This document shows positions 38,635 through 47,070 of a stretch of 56,982 nt of DNA, piece by piece. Each line of letters opens with the position of its first letter. Positions within the stretch are counted from its first letter, which is position 1. The stretch is from assembly GCA_041576165.1 (NCBI GenBank), contig JBFGLM010000031.1, forward strand, positions 1-56,982. The letters are read 5' to 3'. The translations under genes were made by a program, and so were the position numbers. The notes under the pieces were generated by a model that saw nothing but the letters and a program-made list of their open reading frames with translations, was not told the DNA's origin and made no database searches. The DNA is from Acidimicrobiia bacterium. Lineage in GTDB: Bacteria; Actinomycetota; Acidimicrobiia; Spongiisociales; Spongiisociaceae.

Positions 38635-39614
38635 TGGCGATCAGATGGGATCAGCGCATACGTAGGTCGGCCACCTCAGTGGCGGTGATGCTCGGTGTGC
38701 TGCTCGGGTTCGCCGGCCCGGCCCAAGCCAAGTTCCCACCCTTTGAACTGGACGGGTCTGCCAACGGCACGGCCGTCACGGTCACTCTGACGCTGTCTGA
38801 GCCAGTCCCCACCGGCGATGTTCCTCTGGTCATCCCGGCCGACGTCGTTGCTCTGTTCCCCGCCTCTCAGCTTTCCACGACGGGACGACCTACCGGTATG
38901 CAGGAAGGAATCCCCGTCTCCTTCGAGTTCATCGGCGATGGCGTGTACCAGGGAAACGCCGAGCTGCCGCATCCGGGGGAATGGGCGGCGGTCCCGTTTC
39001 CGGCGGCGCGGCGGGAGATCGCACCCCTCTATGTCGGGGCGCGGTTCGTGGTACAAGCCCCCGGTGCGGGCTGGCAGGTGGCGGTCGCCGCCGTCGCGGC
39101 CGGGTCGGTGGCGGCCGCGCTGGCCGTCGCACGCACGAGCCGCCGCCGGGAGACGGCTTCCCGCCATGCGGCGACGGCAACCGCGCCGGGTGAGCCATCA
39201 ACCTGGCGCCCGGAGTGCGTCATCAATGATGCGAGTCAGGCGCGCGTAGTGCGCCCCCCGCCAGTAGATCCGTCCACACGCACGGCATTTTCGGAAGCTG
39301 CGCACCCTGTGATCGGTCCCGGACGGGACCTGGCCGACGACGTCGGCGCGGTTGACCGGTACCAGCGTCCCGTTACAACGCATGCAACGGGTGAACGGGC
39401 GGATTCGGCTGTGCATCTCATAACGAGTCACAACCTCGCGCAATTGCTCTCGGGGGGCGGTAGCCCGAACGAACGCGCCGTGGATCAGTGCGCCGTGCTT
39501 CAGCAGCCCGACGTCACGCGTCAAGAGGATTCGCTCCTCCTTGAGGGAAGACCTCACGAGGTCGCGATCGGACGCATCGCGCGCGCAGTGGCTGTCGAAA
39601 CCCAGGAGCCGTAG
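38634..39614 (+). CDS. Secreted protein with signal peptide and C-terminal membrane anchor (both ends uncertain)
   Basis: Signal ...VMLGVLLGFAGPAQA|K, beta-rich domain (GDGVYQG...PGEW), TM WQVAVAAVAAGSVAAALAV plus RRR near 39150. The frame then runs to 39614, antisense to the Mut7-C gene. Confidence 0.55.
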   Translation: MAIRWDQRIRRSATSVAVMLGVLLGFAGPAQAKFPPFELDGSANGTAVTVTLTLSEPVPTGDVPLVIPADVVALFPASQLSTTGRPTGMQEGIPVSFEFIGDGVYQGNAELPHPGEWAAVPFPAARREIAPLYVGARFVVQAPGAGWQVAVAAVAAGSVAAALAVARTSRRRETASRHAATATAPGEPSTWRPECVINDASQARVVRPPPVDPSTRTAFSEAAHPVIGPGRDLADDVGAVDRYQRPVTTHATGERADSAVHLITSHNLAQLLSGGGSPNERAVDQCAVLQQPDVTRQEDSLLLEGRPHEVAIGRIARAVAVETQEP

Positions 39615-39944
39615 GTAGCCGGCCAGCTTGCTCAGGTGCCCGTCGAGTACGAACCGCAGCTCGGCGGCCGGGGGCGGACGCACTCTCGTCACTGATGCAA
39701 CGTCAAGGGTCATGAAGCGGGGATACACACTGATCCGGTCGCCATCGGCGATGCGCGCTCCGAATCCAGCCGGCTCACCATTGATCAGGACGAGATCTAC
39801 TTCGACGTGAGGGACACCGCAGGCTTCGATCGCATCCTTGACGCTGCCCGGCACAACGAAAGAATGCACGACCGAGCCTGCGGCAGCGGTCTTGCCCAGA
39901 AACGACCGCAGCCCGGCGTAGAAGCGGAGTGCCGCGTGCCCCAC
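39198..39944 (-). CDS. Mut7-C family RNase with N-terminal ubiquitin-like domain and C-terminal zinc ribbon
   Basis: LRFYAGL..FL, SVKDAIEACGVPHVEVDL, RFVLDGHLSKLAGYLRLLGFD, LLTRD, RCMRCN...CRACGRIYW.G.H. Start GTG 39944. Confidence 0.92.
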   Translation of the reverse strand: MGHAALRFYAGLRSFLGKTAAAGSVVHSFVVPGSVKDAIEACGVPHVEVDLVLINGEPAGFGARIADGDRISVYPRFMTLDVASVTRVRPPPAAELRFVLDGHLSKLAGYLRLLGFDSHCARDASDRDLVRSSLKEERILLTRDVGLLKHGALIHGAFVRATAPREQLREVVTRYEMHSRIRPFTRCMRCNGTLVPVNRADVVGQVPSGTDHRVRSFRKCRACGRIYWRGAHYARLTRIIDDALRAPG

Positions 39945-39952
39945 CGCTCCGC

Positions 39953-40546
39953 CTAGCGGCCGTACCGGCCCATCAACACCGCCCGGTCGAGGACGTACTC
40001 TGTCAGCGCGGCGAGCACCTCGGACTTGGCGGCGCCGGGAGCCAGATCCAGCTCCCGGTCCAGGGCATAGACCGTGAAGATGTAGCGGTGAACTCCGCCG
40101 GGCGGGCACGGTCCACCGTAACCTTCCCGGCCCCACGAATTGCGCCCACCGGTGCCCAAAGAGCCGACGTCTTCGGGGATCTCGGTTAAGACCGGGATGT
40201 TGAATGCCACCCAGTGATCCCATGTGCCGCCCGGCGCATCGGGGTCGTCCATGATCAAGACGAGGCTCTGGGCCCCGGCCGGAACCTCACTCAATGCCAG
40301 AGGCGGCGAGACATCCGCGCCATCGCAGGTGTAGGCGCGGGGGATGTCGCTCTCATATTCGAAGGCGGTCGATGTGAGTTGCATGTCGCCTCCATCAGGG
40401 ATCGAGGGGTCCGGGGCGGTCGCGCCCTCGCCGGTAGCGCAGGCTGCCAGCCATGCCGCCAGCAGCGGGGCACACAAGGCAAGCCTGCGACTTGCCCGCC
40501 GCGGGGCCGGCGGCCAACGAGCCGGACGGCCGTTGCACCCGTTCAT
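39953..40546 (-). CDS. YbhB/YbcL family (PEBP, Raf-kinase-inhibitor-like) protein
   Basis: LTSTAF, YTCDGADVSPPL, DDPDAPGGTWDHWV, YGGPCPP, HRYIFTVYALD. A possible lipoprotein signal (LAAWLAAC) precedes an alternative start at ATG 40384. Confidence 0.9.
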   Translation of the reverse strand: MNGCNGRPARWPPAPRRASRRLALCAPLLAAWLAACATGEGATAPDPSIPDGGDMQLTSTAFEYESDIPRAYTCDGADVSPPLALSEVPAGAQSLVLIMDDPDAPGGTWDHWVAFNIPVLTEIPEDVGSLGTGGRNSWGREGYGGPCPPGGVHRYIFTVYALDRELDLAPGAAKSEVLAALTEYVLDRAVLMGRYGR

Positions 40547-40632
40547 CTCCGGTTAAGTATGCGCCGTCCCCTTCCTGGCTGCCAGGGGCTCCCGGCCCTG
40601 GCCGCGCGGGGGTAGCCCGATATCCTTGTGAG

Positions 40633-41604
40633 GTGACATCTGTCTCGGCGCACGACCGGTCGCGGTTTCTCCTCGAGGAGTTCGAGCCCGCCTACCTCGC
40701 GGTCTGGCGGGCAGCAGAACTGGGAACGCGGGTCGCCGCCGCGCGTGCGGAACTGGAGTCCTGCCGCGTGTGTCCTCGGAACTGCGACGTCAACCGGCTC
40801 GAGGACGAGATGGCGCTCTGTCACACCGGACGGCGCGCCCGGGTTGCCTCCGCATTCCCCCATTTCGGAGAAGAGGGCTGCCTGCGAGGCACCCGCGGCT
40901 CGGGCACCATCTTCTTCTCGTACTGCAACCTGCGGTGTGTCTTCTGCCAGAACTGGGACATCTCCCAGGCCCCAGCCGGAGTGGAGGCCACGGCGGATGA
41001 GATCGCCGAACTGATGCTGGAGCTGCAGGACATGGGTTGCCACAACATCAACTTCGTGACCCCCGAGCACGTCGCGCCCCAGGTCGTAGAGGCGATCGCA
41101 GCAGCGGTGCCCCGCGGGCTGAGGGTGCCAATCGTGTACAACACGAGTGCCTACGACTCGATCTCCTCACTGCGGCTGATGGAAGGCCTCGTCGACATCT
41201 ACATGCCCGACTTCAAGTTCTGGGACCCGGATTCCGCCCGTCGGCTCGTACGGGCGCGGGATTATCCGGCAGTAGCCCGGGCGGCCGTCTCCGAGATGCA
41301 CCGCCAAGTCGGCGAACTTCGCATCGGCCATGACGGCCTCGCCAAACGCGGGTTGCTCGTGCGGCACCTCGTCATGCCGGGCTTCGGGGAGGAAGCGGCG
41401 TCGATCTTCGGCTGGCTGGCGGAGTCGGTGTCGCCCGACACCTACATCAACGTCATGGGACAGTACCGACCCGAGCACCGGGTCCCGGGCGCATCCCGAT
41501 ATGAAGACATCGACCGCCGGCCCGAGATCGACGAGGTGGCGGCCGCAACCCGCGCCGCCCGCAAGGCGGGATTGTGGAGGCTCGACGAGCGCCGCCCGGT
41601 GTGA
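40633..41604 (+). CDS. Radical SAM protein, PflX-like
   Basis: C..CPRNC.VNR, HFGEE..L.G..GSGTIFF, CNLRCVFCQN, HNINFVTP, DIYMPDFK, LLVRHLVMP, MGQYRP. TATCCT -10 lies 6 nt before GTG 40633. Confidence 0.9.
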   Translation: MTSVSAHDRSRFLLEEFEPAYLAVWRAAELGTRVAAARAELESCRVCPRNCDVNRLEDEMALCHTGRRARVASAFPHFGEEGCLRGTRGSGTIFFSYCNLRCVFCQNWDISQAPAGVEATADEIAELMLELQDMGCHNINFVTPEHVAPQVVEAIAAAVPRGLRVPIVYNTSAYDSISSLRLMEGLVDIYMPDFKFWDPDSARRLVRARDYPAVARAAVSEMHRQVGELRIGHDGLAKRGLLVRHLVMPGFGEEAASIFGWLAESVSPDTYINVMGQYRPEHRVPGASRYEDIDRRPEIDEVAAATRAARKAGLWRLDERRPV

Positions 41605-41654
41605 GCGCTCGCAGCATCCCCGGACCTTGACGGCACCGGCCCGACGCTGGGACC

Positions 41655-42791
41655 ATGTCGGACATGTCCCGAGATTCGCTGCTGATCGGCGCGCTCGCGC
41701 TCCCGTCACCGGTAGTGCTGGCCCCCATGGCCGGCGTCACGAACGCGCCGTTCCGCCGGCTGTGCCGCAAACACGGTGGAGACCGCCACAGCCTGTACGT
41801 ATGCGAGATGGTCGGGGCGAGAAGCCTGGTCGAAGGTCATCCAAAGACCCGGCGGCTGGCCCATTTTCCCGCCGATGAGTCGCCCCGCTCGATCCAGCTG
41901 TACGGCACCGACCCTGGCTCGATGGGCGAAGCGGTTGCGTACCTGGTCGACGAAGAACAGGCTGATCACATCGACATCAACTTCGGCTGCCCGGTAGCCA
42001 AGGTCACTCGCAACGGTGGCGGTGCCGCGTTGCCGTTGCGCCGAGACCGGCTACGGGCGATCCTCCGCGCGGCGGTGGCCAACAGTCGTCATGTACCGAT
42101 CACGATCAAATTCAGGATGGGCATCGATGACGAGCACCTCACATATCTCGACACGGGCCTGATCGCGGAAGAGGAGGGGATCGCGGCAATTGCGCTGCAT
42201 GCCCGGACCGCCCACCAGTTGTACGCCGGCGACGCGCAGTGGGAGGCGATTCGCCGCCTCAAGGATGCTGTCACCTCTATTCCGGTCCTCGGCAACGGGG
42301 ACATTTGGGAAGCTGCCGATGCGCTCCGCATGATTGAACAAACCGGATGCGATGGCGTCGTCATCGGGCGTGGCTGCCTGGGCCGACCCTGGCTGTTCGG
42401 AGATCTGGCGGCCACCCTCACCGGGACACCGACGGTCACGGTTCCGACACTGGGGTTCGTGGGTGCGGTGATGCAGGATCACGCCCAGCTACTGATCGAC
42501 TGGTTCGATGACTACATCGGCATCCGCACGTTCCGCAAGCACACCGGCTGGTATCTGAAGGGGTACCCGGTCGGTCCCGGACTCCGGCAGGAACTGGCGG
42601 CGGTGGAGTCGCTGGAGCAGCTCGACCGTTTGGTGGCCATGCTCCCCGCCCACGCACTTCCTCACCCTGGTTCCACCCGCATGGCGCGGGGCCACACTCG
42701 CGGTCCGCGGCCGGTCAAGCTCCCTCGCGGCTATCTCGAGGGCCGGTGGGACGAAGACGTAACGGATGAGGTGGCAGTCTCGGGCGGCTAG
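41655..42791 (+). CDS. dusB: tRNA-dihydrouridine synthase B
   Basis: LAPMAGVT, IQLYG, IDINFGCPV.KV, ALHART, GNGDI, IGRGCLGRPWLF. Confidence 0.95.
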   Translation: MSDMSRDSLLIGALALPSPVVLAPMAGVTNAPFRRLCRKHGGDRHSLYVCEMVGARSLVEGHPKTRRLAHFPADESPRSIQLYGTDPGSMGEAVAYLVDEEQADHIDINFGCPVAKVTRNGGGAALPLRRDRLRAILRAAVANSRHVPITIKFRMGIDDEHLTYLDTGLIAEEEGIAAIALHARTAHQLYAGDAQWEAIRRLKDAVTSIPVLGNGDIWEAADALRMIEQTGCDGVVIGRGCLGRPWLFGDLAATLTGTPTVTVPTLGFVGAVMQDHAQLLIDWFDDYIGIRTFRKHTGWYLKGYPVGPGLRQELAAVESLEQLDRLVAMLPAHALPHPGSTRMARGHTRGPRPVKLPRGYLEGRWDEDVTDEVAVSGG

Positions 42792-43219
42792 GCGAGTCCA
42801 CCGGCCCGCAGCCCGAACTCGACCAGCTGCACTCGAGGCAGATCCGACAGCTCAACCAGCGGAACCCAGCGCACATCGATAGTGCTTCCGTCAACCTCGA
42901 CCACGTGCGGCACGCCGCGCAGCCGCATTCCATAGACCAGCTGCACGGCATGCAGCCGGCCATGGACCGGATGCCGCTCCCTCACGTACGAATCCACGCC
43001 CAAAAGGCCCGTGATTTCGCCCACAAGGCCGGTCTCCTCAAAGACCTCCCGGTGCAGGCCGGCTGCGGGCTGCTCTCCAAAATCGAGGCCGCCGCCGGGC
43101 AACGTCCACAGGCCGCCGTCCGGGTCGGACTCGTGCAGCAACGTCAACAGAACCGACCTGCGGTGCACCGCAACCGCATACACCCCGACCCGGGTCCGGC
43201 CGGCCCCTGCCTCAGACAT
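42788..43219 (-). CDS. NUDIX hydrolase
   Basis: Canonical Nudix box WTLPGGGLDFGEQPAAGLHREVFEETG. Confidence 0.9.
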   Translation of the reverse strand: MSEAGAGRTRVGVYAVAVHRRSVLLTLLHESDPDGGLWTLPGGGLDFGEQPAAGLHREVFEETGLVGEITGLLGVDSYVRERHPVHGRLHAVQLVYGMRLRGVPHVVEVDGSTIDVRWVPLVELSDLPRVQLVEFGLRAGGLA

Positions 43220-43628
43220 CTGAGCCGACCAGCATCAGACCCTGCGCCACGACCTCATCGACCCCGGGCAGGTCGTCGACAGCTACCCACGCGGAATCAC
43301 CGGACCGTCTGCCCATGACACCCGTCTGGCTGGCGGTCTGCACCAAGTAGCAGATGCGCACCAAGTGGATGGGCCGGCTCTCCCCATCGGGGCGGGCGGA
43401 CAGCACGCGGCTGTCGCTGCCGACGGGCTCCAAGGCCGTCACCCGCGATCCGGTTCCGGCTAGTTCCCGGCCCAGCGCGTCCCGGGGATGCTCACCGGAC
43501 GCAACAGCCCCGCCCGGCAAAGTCCACTCGTCGGCGCTGCCGCGACCCGGCATCCGTTGCGTGAGGAGCAGCTGCTGCGCGTGCAGCGCCAATGCGGAGA
43601 CGCCCACCCGGGTGGTACCGGCGCTCAT
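43212..43628 (-). CDS. NUDIX-fold protein with degenerate Nudix box
   Basis: WTLPGGAVASGEHPRDALGRELAGTG lacks the EE pair. Similar to the downstream Nudix gene (TRVGV.A.A). ATG 43628 overlaps the aldolase stop. Confidence 0.7.
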   Translation of the reverse strand: MSAGTTRVGVSALALHAQQLLLTQRMPGRGSADEWTLPGGAVASGEHPRDALGRELAGTGSRVTALEPVGSDSRVLSARPDGESRPIHLVRICYLVQTASQTGVMGRRSGDSAWVAVDDLPGVDEVVAQGLMLVGSDV

Positions 43629-44527
43629 CGCTCGAGCGGGCGACCCAGGTCGCAGGCGACGGCGCGCAGCTCCCGGATCCGCTCGGCCACCATCCCCGCC
43701 GCCATCCCGGGCCGTTGATCCGGGGGGACGTCGATCAGCTCGCCCCATGCCGCCCGACCCACCATGAACCCGGACGCCCCCGCCCGGCAGGCACATTCGA
43801 GCTGGGCGCGGAACACGTCGTACGGCACCCCGAGCGACAGCAACGCCCAGGGGCCCGCCGTGGCTTCATCGAGTTCGGAACACGCGTCATCCCATCCAGC
43901 AGGGTCGTCAACTCGGGCCGCAGCCGGGAACTGCAACTTGAGCACGTCGGGGCCCAGTCTGGACAGCCGCCTCGCGGTCTCCACCACCAGCCGCCGCCGC
44001 TCTCCCGGCCTTTCCCCACAGGTCGGCGCGGTGGGATAGGCCAGCGGTTCGAGAAACAGCGGCAGCCCCGACTCACGGCAGGCCGCGACGATCCGCCGCA
44101 CCAGCGCATCTTGGCGGGCCGCCGCCCCGGGCGCGTCCGGCGTGTAGAAGATCAGCAGTTTGACTGCGGCCGCCCCGGCTTCGGCGGCTTGGGCCACCGA
44201 CCATCCCTCATACAGTTGTGTGACCCGTGCCGAGGGATCGCCCTCGTAGCCCTGCGCCTCCAGCGCTGCGATGAAGCCGGTGCCGGATGGTAATGCGGGC
44301 ACGAGCCGTGGGATCGAGAACTCCGGTTCGAGCATGACCCCCGAGGCTTCGTTGGCTGCGCCCTCGATCACGACACGTTTGAATTCGGTCAGATCCGCTG
44401 CTGCGATCGATGCGGGATCGTCGGGCGCCAGCATCACTCGAAGCGAGTCCCGGTGGTCGATGGCGAGGATGGCGAGCAGGCCGTCGTCCGTGGCCAAACG
44501 CGACAGGTTCTTGTGTCGCACATCCAT
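43625..44527 (-). CDS. Class I aldolase, LacD / tagatose-1,6-bisphosphate / sulfofructosephosphate aldolase family
   Basis: LAIDHRDSLR, AVKLLIFY.PD, LFLEPL, DVLKLQFP, PWALLS.G, GASGFMVGRA.W. GGGAGG RBS. Confidence 0.88.
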   Translation of the reverse strand: MDVRHKNLSRLATDDGLLAILAIDHRDSLRVMLAPDDPASIAAADLTEFKRVVIEGAANEASGVMLEPEFSIPRLVPALPSGTGFIAALEAQGYEGDPSARVTQLYEGWSVAQAAEAGAAAVKLLIFYTPDAPGAAARQDALVRRIVAACRESGLPLFLEPLAYPTAPTCGERPGERRRLVVETARRLSRLGPDVLKLQFPAAARVDDPAGWDDACSELDEATAGPWALLSLGVPYDVFRAQLECACRAGASGFMVGRAAWGELIDVPPDQRPGMAAGMVAERIRELRAVACDLGRPLER

Positions 44528-44698
44528 GTTCTATCGTTCCTCCCTCGGCTGGTCGGCCGGGCTTGTGCGACCGGGCCCGTACCACCGACGTTACCGTCGG
44601 GACGGGCCGGCTACGCAGCGGTCGGCCTCGGCGGCCGATCCGCCGATGCTGAAAGGCACAGGCGGCCGTCAACCAGCCGCCGCTGAGGGTCCGTATAT

Positions 44699-45643
44699 AT
44701 GAAGATGGTGTCCAAGCTCGTCGAACGATTCCGTCGCCGGGTGGTGGCGTCGGCCACCGACCCTTTCCGGCACGCGCCCTACCCACTTGCTCGATCACTG
44801 GACTACCCGAACGACGCCGGGTTGTTCGGGCCCGGCTCGGTCACTTGGACGATCATGGGCGATCCGTCAGCGTTCATCGGCGGAATCCGGGCGTTACTCG
44901 TCCAGGCCGCCCATCCCGAAGTAGTGGCCGGGGTTTTCGATCACTCTCGATATCAAGAGGATCCGCTGGGGCGGCTGTCGCGCACATCGAATTATGTGAC
45001 CGCCACCGCCTTTGGAGCCATGCCCGAGGTGGAGCAGGCGATCGAGATCGTCAAACGCGCCCACCGCCCGGTCCGTGGCAAGTCCCATCGGGGCCGCGAG
45101 TACCGGGCGGATGCGGCGGGGCTGGCCGCGTGGGTTCACAATGCGCTGACCGATTCGTTTCTGGCGACGTATCAGGCGTTCGGCGCCCGACCGTTGAGCC
45201 GGCCGGAAGCCGACCAGTTCGTGTCCGAACAGGCCCGGCTCGGTGAGATGTTGTATGCCCAGCCGCTTCCAGACACCGCTGCCGAGCTGAACCGGTGGCT
45301 GGCCGAGCATCCCGAGGCGGCGCCCTCTCCCGGCATGCATCAAGCTGTTGAGTTCTTACGGAGCCCACCCCTGGCGCCCGCAGTCAGGGCCGGATACCGA
45401 TTGATGTTCTCAGCAGCCGTCACAACGATCCCGCCACGCCTCCGCCGGATACTCCGCGTTCGTCGCTATCCGGGCGCCCAGCTATTGGGCCGATGGATCG
45501 CCGTGTACCTCCGCTGGGCGCTCGGTTCGTCTCCCTCCTGGAACCTTGCCTTGGTTCGGGTCGGTGCGGACATTCCGGCCGGTCGGTTCAAGCAACCGCT
45601 CCCGCCGGCCGCAGTTGAAGGTCGGGACGTCCCCGCTCAGTAG
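44699..45643 (+). CDS. MpaB/DUF2236 (rubber oxygenase-like) family protein
   Basis: GLFGPGSVTW, GGIRALLVQAAHPEVVAGV.DHS....P.GRL.RT, WVH..LTDSFL. Confidence 0.88.
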   Translation: MKMVSKLVERFRRRVVASATDPFRHAPYPLARSLDYPNDAGLFGPGSVTWTIMGDPSAFIGGIRALLVQAAHPEVVAGVFDHSRYQEDPLGRLSRTSNYVTATAFGAMPEVEQAIEIVKRAHRPVRGKSHRGREYRADAAGLAAWVHNALTDSFLATYQAFGARPLSRPEADQFVSEQARLGEMLYAQPLPDTAAELNRWLAEHPEAAPSPGMHQAVEFLRSPPLAPAVRAGYRLMFSAAVTTIPPRLRRILRVRRYPGAQLLGRWIAVYLRWALGSSPSWNLALVRVGADIPAGRFKQPLPPAAVEGRDVPAQ

Positions 45644-46368
45644 AGACCGATCAGCCGCCCGGCCAGGGCCAGCACGGCGACAATCATCACGCGCCGCACC
45701 AGCACATCCCCGCCCCTGACCGTGAGCCGGGCGCCCAGCGCTCCCCCCACGGTGAATCCGGCTGCCAGGATCAATGCGGGTATCCAGTCGACCCGGCCCT
45801 GGAGCATGAAGGTCGGCAGCGCCACCAGCGCGTTCGCCACGTTGATCATCACCTTGATCGAGTTGGCCCGCACAAGGTCGTAGCCGGCCAGGGACAGGGC
45901 CATGATCACAATCAGTCCGAATCCGGCCTGGAAGGCCCCGCCATAGGCGCCGATCAGAAAGAAGACGAACGTGAACAAGCCGCGAGGCCAACGGACCTCG
46001 GCCTCGAGTCGAGGCTTGCGCAGCGACAAGACCAGCAGCGGCACCATGAGGAGGCCGAACACGCGCTCGAATGCCTCGTCAGTGAGGAACTGGACGGTGT
46101 ATGCCCCCGCCAGCGACCCCAGCATCACCGGGAGCAGCACCGGCACGCTCTCGCGGAGGCTCCCCACGCCGAGAGCGCGGAACTGGGCCGTGGCCGCGAC
46201 GTTGGAGGTGAGGATTCCGACCCGATTCGAACCGTTGGCGTCATTGCCCGGCACGCCGGCCAGAACCAGCAACGGTACGGTCAGGAGGGAGCCGCCGCCG
46301 GCGATCGTGTTGATCGATCCGGCGAACAAGCCGCCCACAACCAGGAGCAAGACCTGCCACCACTCCAT
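45637..46368 (-). CDS. TSUP (TauE/SafE) family transporter
   Basis: AGSINTIAGGGSLLTVP, ANGSNR, IGAYGGAFQAGFG, ANSIK. About 8 TM segments. Confidence 0.9.
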   Translation of the reverse strand: MEWWQVLLLVVGGLFAGSINTIAGGGSLLTVPLLVLAGVPGNDANGSNRVGILTSNVAATAQFRALGVGSLRESVPVLLPVMLGSLAGAYTVQFLTDEAFERVFGLLMVPLLVLSLRKPRLEAEVRWPRGLFTFVFFLIGAYGGAFQAGFGLIVIMALSLAGYDLVRANSIKVMINVANALVALPTFMLQGRVDWIPALILAAGFTVGGALGARLTVRGGDVLVRRVMIVAVLALAGRLIGLY

Positions 46369-46412
46369 CAGGTGGCCCGGCTCGGGACCGACTGCGAATC
46401 ACCCATTGCCGG

Positions 46413-46856
46413 TCACTCGCCGATGTCCTCGCTCCACAGCTCCGGCTCGGCGCTCAAAAACTCCCGCATGAGCTCGACACAGGTCGGGTCGTCCAGAACC
46501 TCGACCCGTACCCCGCGCCGGCGCAGATGCTCCTCATCGCCCAGAAACGAACGGTTTTCCCCGACGACCACGACAGGAATGCCGTACAACAGGATCGCGC
46601 CGCTACACATCGGACAGGGTGACAGCGTCGTATAGATCGTGGAGCGCCGGTAGACCACCGCCGGCTGGCGACCGGCGTTCTCCAGGCAGTCCATCTCACC
46701 GTGCAGCACGACGCTGCCTTGCTGGACACGCCGGTTGTGCCCGCGTCCGATGATCTCTCCGTCGACCACGAGAACGGAACCGATCGGGATCCCGCCCTCA
46801 GCGCGTCCTGCCTGCGCTTCGGCGATGGCGGCCGCGAGAAACTCGGAGTGCTCCAT
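46413..46856 (-). CDS. Zn-dependent cytosine/nucleoside deaminase (yeast Fcy1-like)
   Basis: EGGIPIGSVLV, GHNRRVQ, HGEMDCLENAGR, TTLSPCPMCSGA, WSEDIGE. Confidence 0.92.
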   Translation of the reverse strand: MEHSEFLAAAIAEAQAGRAEGGIPIGSVLVVDGEIIGRGHNRRVQQGSVVLHGEMDCLENAGRQPAVVYRRSTIYTTLSPCPMCSGAILLYGIPVVVVGENRSFLGDEEHLRRRGVRVEVLDDPTCVELMREFLSAEPELWSEDIGE

Positions 46857-46941
46857 GCGGCGGGACGATACGCGATGATCGCACTAGATTCGACCCCACA
46901 GCGGGTGCCCGAACCGCATGTAGAAGCCATACAGCCCCTGA

Positions 46942-46955
46942 GTGGAACGTTCCAT
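46942..46955. promoter_or_regulatory. LacI-type operator 6 (GTGGAACGTTCCAT)
   Basis: Perfect 12-bp core TGGAACGTTCCA, about 115 nt upstream of iolA/mmsA. Confidence 0.8.
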
Positions 46956-47070
46956 CAACAGAACCGCGTGTGCGGCGTATCGAGGCGGCGTCGCCGGCTG
47001 TTCCGCCGGGCGTGTCCACCCCGGCAAGTGCACAAAACAACCCCAAAACACCCCACAACCGGAGGCAGCC

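Noticed and set aside
39198-41604. Mut7-C RNase, PEBP and radical SAM genes as a defence or toxin system
   Set aside because: All three are widespread stand-alone families, the radical SAM gene is divergent, and there is no antitoxin, mobile element or defence-gene context.
44530-44541. Seventh operator upstream of the LacD-type aldolase (TCTATCGTTCCT)
   Set aside because: Only 8 of 12 positions match, and the matching half overlaps the Shine-Dalgarno on the other strand.
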